Source of the DNA: Candidatus Poribacteria bacterium
Lineage (GTDB): Bacteria; Poribacteria; WGA-4E; GCA-2687025
DNA length: 64,000 nucleotides
Assembly: GCA_026004875.1 (NCBI GenBank)
Contig: BPJZ01000001.1
Location: 1-64,000 of the forward strand
Direction: 5' to 3'
The notes below the pieces were generated by a model. That model was not told the origin of the DNA and made no database searches. It worked only from the letters and a program-made list of their open reading frames with translations. Of this stretch, positions 60,482 through 64,000 are shown piece by piece. Positions within the stretch are counted from its first letter, which is position 1; each line of letters opens with the position of its first letter. The position numbers and the translations under genes were made by a program.

Positions 60482-60489
60482 TTTGGTAA

Positions 60490-61584
60490 TCAGTCTATCA
60501 GCCCGTTAGGGGAAGTTCCAGTCCGGGCTGAAAGCTCAGCCAGCCGGCGCTTAAACCGCTCGATCCGAAGGACCGGCGAGGGGTCCACCCCGTTGAGAAG
60601 CGCAAGGTAGTAGCTGGTGAAGTCACCCCAGACGACCAGAGAGAAGACGCGGGCCATCCGACTGACCCCAACGGAGCTCACCTGCGAGACGCGACGGGAG
60701 CCTAGCTCTTCGGCCAAGAGCGCCGCGGTCAGCTCCATGCGCTGCCGCACGCGCGGATGGTCCTCCCGATCGTGAAGGAAGATGACGTGCCCATGACGGA
60801 CCACCTCGCGCGGAAAGAGCCAGCCTTCGATTTCGTTGTGGTTCATCTCCGGGAAGACGTGCGAATGCGCGAAGGTCTTGGCGTTCTCGTTGAACTGAGC
60901 TTGCCAGCGGCGCAACACCGAACCCAGCCGCACAGAGCCGTAGATCACCGGCATGCGACCAACAAGGAGCTCGGCCAACCGCAGGGCCTCGCTCTCCTCG
61001 GCGCCCAACTCCTCGACCAACTGCTCCAGGACCTCACCGGTCTCCTGATGGCCTGGCGCCAGTGTCTCCCAACGACAATAGCCCAACCGCGCTAGAGCGA
61101 TCAGAACAGGAACCGAAAGAAAAATCACTCCACACCGCGGCTGCAATCCGCCAGGGATGATGATATGCGCGATCCCCTCGTTTCGACAGAGCCGGAGCAG
61201 CTCCCCTCCCGTCGTCAAACAAAGCACCCTCGCGTCGCGCTCAAGGGCGTCCTCGACGGCAGAAAGGGTCTCCTCAGTGTTGCCCGAATAGCTCGCGGCG
61301 ATCACCAAAGTCTGATCGTCCACAAAGGGGGGAAGCAGATAGTCCCGACTAACAGTAAAAGGGATCGAAAGCTCCGCGCCCGCGACGGCGTTCAGTAGGT
61401 CCCCTCCGATGGCCGAGCCTCCCATTCCGGCCCAGACGATGCGCTGCGCCCCCTGAAGCTCGGCCGGCAGTTCAGCCTCCTCTCCGATCCGGGTCGCCTC
61501 CCGCCAATGGCTGGGAAGGCTCATCAGATCGGCGTACATCTTCTTTTCGTCGAGAACGCGCAGCGCTTCAATGTCCATGGGCAC
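60490..61584 (-). CDS. Bifunctional phosphoglucose/phosphomannose isomerase (SIS-domain PGI/PMI family).
   Basis: ...RIVWAGMGGSAIGGDLL...IAASYSGNTEETLS... are SIS motifs. About 360 aa, typical of the archaeal-type PGI/PMI. Confidence 0.7.
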   Translation of the reverse strand: MPMDIEALRVLDEKKMYADLMSLPSHWREATRIGEEAELPAELQGAQRIVWAGMGGSAIGGDLLNAVAGAELSIPFTVSRDYLLPPFVDDQTLVIAASYSGNTEETLSAVEDALERDARVLCLTTGGELLRLCRNEGIAHIIIPGGLQPRCGVIFLSVPVLIALARLGYCRWETLAPGHQETGEVLEQLVEELGAEESEALRLAELLVGRMPVIYGSVRLGSVLRRWQAQFNENAKTFAHSHVFPEMNHNEIEGWLFPREVVRHGHVIFLHDREDHPRVRQRMELTAALLAEELGSRRVSQVSSVGVSRMARVFSLVVWGDFTSYYLALLNGVDPSPVLRIERFKRRLAELSARTGTSPNGLID

Positions 61585-62068
61585 CCTTACAGCGCAGCAG
61601 TCGATAGGCCTCTCCAGCGTCCTCGGCAGCGGTCAACGCTTCGATCAGCGTCGGCGCAGCAAGGGTGCGAATCGCTGCAGCAACGTTGGAGAGGTGCTCC
61701 TCCCGCGCCCGATAGGGATACAAAAGCAGCAAGACTACGTAGGTCGGTCTGCCGTCCCTGGCGGCAAAGTCCACCCCCTTCCGGAAGACCCCTAGCGCGC
61801 CGACCTCTCGATCCAAGGCGTCGTGGACACCGTGAGGAATGGCGAACCCCCGCCCCAGCGCCGTGCTCGACTGCTTCTCCCGCTCGACAACCGCCCGGTA
61901 GGCCGTCTCCCGCTCCGCCGGAGACAGCTTCCCCGCCTGAACCAACAGATCGGTCAGGCAACCGATCGCCGCCCAGCGGTCTGAAACACACTCGCGAACA
62001 AGCACTCGCTCCGGAGCCAGCAGTGTCCGGACGATGTCCCGCTCGTCGGTAGCCGGATATGCGTGCAC
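61568..62068 (-). CDS. ptsN: PTS EIIA(Ntr)-type regulatory protein (PtsN-like).
   Basis: ...TALGRGFAIPHG... with the conserved His in the EIIA fructose/nitrogen-family motif. 166 aa. Confidence 0.7.
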   Translation of the reverse strand: MHAYPATDERDIVRTLLAPERVLVRECVSDRWAAIGCLTDLLVQAGKLSPAERETAYRAVVEREKQSSTALGRGFAIPHGVHDALDREVGALGVFRKGVDFAARDGRPTYVVLLLLYPYRAREEHLSNVAAAIRTLAAPTLIEALTAAEDAGEAYRLLRCKGAHGH

Positions 62069-62073
62069 GCCTT

Positions 62074-63264
62074 TTACTCCGTCGTCTTGGGCGGCTCCTG
62101 CCAGACGCCGTCCTCTTTCAGCAGCCGGATCAGCTCTTCAACGCCCTTCTCCTGAGGGATCCCCTGCTTGATCAGCTCCCCCCGGCGGTAGAGAGCGATC
62201 GTCCCGCCGCCCTTGCCCACGTACCCGTAGTCCGCGCCGGCCATCTCTCCAGGACCGTTCACGATACACCCCATCACCGCGATATCCAACCCCTTTAGGT
62301 GCTTGGTCGCCTCGCGCACCTGATGGAGCACCGTCGGAAGGTCAAACTGAGTGCGGCCGCAGGAGGGGCAAGCGATGTACTCCACCTGCGTCTTGCGCAG
62401 CCCCAGCGCCTGGAGAATCTCGTAGCAGACAGGAATCTCGTTCACCGGGTCTTCGGCCAGCGAGACCCGAATCGTATCGCCAATCCCTTCGGCCAACAGC
62501 GTCCCGATTCCGATCGCCGACTTAATCCGGGCGTACTGTCCATCACCGGCTTCGGTCACCCCCAAATGAAGCGGATAGCGCATCCCCTCCGCATCGGCCA
62601 ACTTGACGAACAGCCGGTTCGCTGCGATCATCACCGGCACCCGCGAAGCCTTCAGCGAGACGATCAGGTTCCGAAAATCGTGCGCCTCGCAGATGCGAAT
62701 GTACTCCAGCGCCGACTGGACCATCCCCTCAGGCGTGTCCCCGTAGGTGACCAAAATCCGTTCGGAAAGGGAGCCATGGTTGACCCCGATCCGCATCGCG
62801 ATGTCTCGCTCTTTACAGACCCGGATGACCGGCAACAGCTGCCGCTCGATCTCGTCCAGCTCGGCCTGGATCTCGGCAGGAGAGTAGTCCAACTTGTTCT
62901 TTTGGGGTTTGCGGTAGACAAACAGTCCCGGATTGATTCGCACCTTGTCCACCACCTTGGCCACCTCGACGGCCAGGGCGGACCCTTGGTGGTGCACGTC
63001 GGCCACCAACGGAATCCGAATCCCCTCCTGCTTCAGGCGGGTCTTGATCTCGGCCACCGCCTTGGCGGAGGCCATGTTTGGAACGGTGACCCGGACGATC
63101 TCACAGCCGGCCTCTTTCAGGCGGCGAATCTCCTGAACGCAAGCCTCCACGTTGCGGGTGTCCGAAGTAATCATGGACTGCACCGCAATCGGCGCACTGC
63201 TGCCGATCGGCACCTCGCCCACGTACACCGTCCGTGTGAGCCGTCGGGGGGCTAGCAGTTCCAT
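62074..63264 (-). CDS. ispG: 4-hydroxy-3-methylbut-2-enyl diphosphate synthase (IspG/GcpE).
   Basis: ATG at 63264 after a GGAG RBS. ...[14 protein letters not shown]...C-terminal CPSCGR...GCIVNGPGE are the [4Fe-4S] Cys ligands. The upstream extension of ORF 62074..63570 is rejected. Confidence 0.9.
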   Translation of the reverse strand: MELLAPRRLTRTVYVGEVPIGSSAPIAVQSMITSDTRNVEACVQEIRRLKEAGCEIVRVTVPNMASAKAVAEIKTRLKQEGIRIPLVADVHHQGSALAVEVAKVVDKVRINPGLFVYRKPQKNKLDYSPAEIQAELDEIERQLLPVIRVCKERDIAMRIGVNHGSLSERILVTYGDTPEGMVQSALEYIRICEAHDFRNLIVSLKASRVPVMIAANRLFVKLADAEGMRYPLHLGVTEAGDGQYARIKSAIGIGTLLAEGIGDTIRVSLAEDPVNEIPVCYEILQALGLRKTQVEYIACPSCGRTQFDLPTVLHQVREATKHLKGLDIAVMGCIVNGPGEMAGADYGYVGKGGGTIALYRRGELIKQGIPQEKGVEELIRLLKEDGVWQEPPKTTE

Positions 63265-63445
63265 CAATCTCCACGACTCCCTCTCAAAGAGCCGATTCAA
63301 CACACAGGGAGGGGCGCACAACCGCCCCTCCGTCCCTCCTGAGGGTATGGTACTGCCAAAACCAAGCTCCCGCAAAGGAGAACGCCCCACCGAACGATCG
63401 GTTCGACCCTTTCGCCTCCCTTTCGGTATTCCTAAGAGGAAAGCG

Positions 63446-64000
63446 ATGCGTCCAAAAGAGGCCTTGTTGCTTATCATCGTGTTCGCTGGGGGGTTGGTCG
63501 GCTGCAACCGCTCCGATCTGGTGGAGGACTCCGCTCCCGTCTTGGGGGAAGGCGTTCGTCCTCCGGCCATCGTTGGGGCGGTGGAGCCAGCAGCGCCGGG
63601 AATCGGTGTGCTGGCCCTCCGGAACGGCGTTCAGACCCGATCGACGCTCACCGATTCTGAAGGCCGTTACCTCCTCGAAGCGCTCCTCCCGGGCGAATAC
63701 AACCTGATCGTCTCCGGCGCTGGCTTCTTCACCGACACTTCGCTCCAGGGGCTAGTCGTCTCTGAAGGGGAGATTGTCCAGGCACCGACCGTCCGTCTTC
63801 GACCGCTGGCGGCTGCGGCAACGCTGAGCGGTCGCGTCGTGGACGGGATCACCGGCCTACCCCTCCCGGACGTCTCGATCGTCGTCCGCTGCCGAACCGG
63901 CATCTGCGCTAACTTGGAGGTTCGCACCGACGCGATGGGCCGCTTTGAAACCGATGTCTGGCCGGAGCTGCCGGGGGAGCTGCTTGTCCAGAAGCGCCGC
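63446..64000 (+). CDS. Lipoprotein with carboxypeptidase-regulatory-like (CarbopepD_reg) domains; partial, running off the window end.
   Basis: RBS AAGAGGA; lipobox [33 protein letters not shown] and [19 protein letters not shown]... are CarbopepD_reg repeats. Confidence 0.6.
   Translation, partial: MRPKEALLLIIVFAGGLVGCNRSDLVEDSAPVLGEGVRPPAIVGAVEPAAPGIGVLALRNGVQTRSTLTDSEGRYLLEALLPGEYNLIVSGAGFFTDTSLQGLVVSEGEIVQAPTVRLRPLAAAATLSGRVVDGITGLPLPDVSIVVRCRTGICANLEVRTDAMGRFETDVWPELPGELLVQKRR

Noticed and set aside
1-64000. tRNA, rRNA, tmRNA or RNase P genes.
   Set aside because: Scanned for T-loop GGTTCGAATCC-like motifs and RNase P/tmRNA hallmarks and found none outside coding regions (the CGTTCGAATCGG at ~8556 is inside the MetE-like gene). 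A dedicated tool (tRNAscan-SE, Infernal) would be needed to exclude them fully.

Overview
High-GC (~65%) bacterial chromosomal window. A type-A T9SS C-terminal sorting domain on a secreted cargo protein, a PorP/PorV-like outer-membrane barrel, a BMP-family ABC transporter and a DUF5916/CBM9-like protein all point to the Bacteroidota-Rhodothermota group (inference). The window opens on the leader-distal end of a CRISPR array on the + strand. Two identical 31-nt repeats (CGTTGATAGCCTACCTATGAGGGATTGAAAC) flank one 35-nt spacer; the ...GGGATTGAAAC 3' end is the usual 8-nt handle orientation of type I-B/III repeats. A third, perfect copy of the repeat sits alone 4.9 kb downstream (5035-5065). It is preceded by an AT-rich leader-like stretch and followed by a strong intrinsic terminator. 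The 4.9 kb between the array end and this orphan repeat holds degenerate repeat relics, a LamG-domain gene ending in a 40-bp perfect palindrome, a ~40% GC island with a shattered polytopic membrane-protein gene, and a frameshifted Gfo/Idh/MocA gene. The first ~9 kb contains at least 16 frameshifts across six genes, including a decaying polysaccharide/LPS cluster; most long genes beyond 14 kb are intact. The rest of the window is mostly housekeeping and catabolic genes. Notable items there are an archaeal-style XPB helicase-Bax1 (DUF790) nuclease operon, an acyltransferase-3 membrane protein with an inserted ankyrin-repeat module, a WD40-dockerin-T9SS cargo protein paired with a barrel protein, a standalone coiled-coil diadenylate-cyclase domain protein, and a vWA/zinc-ribbon gene pair. 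No tRNA, rRNA, transposase or integrase was recognised. All calls come from reading the sequence and the ORF translations; no database search was run.
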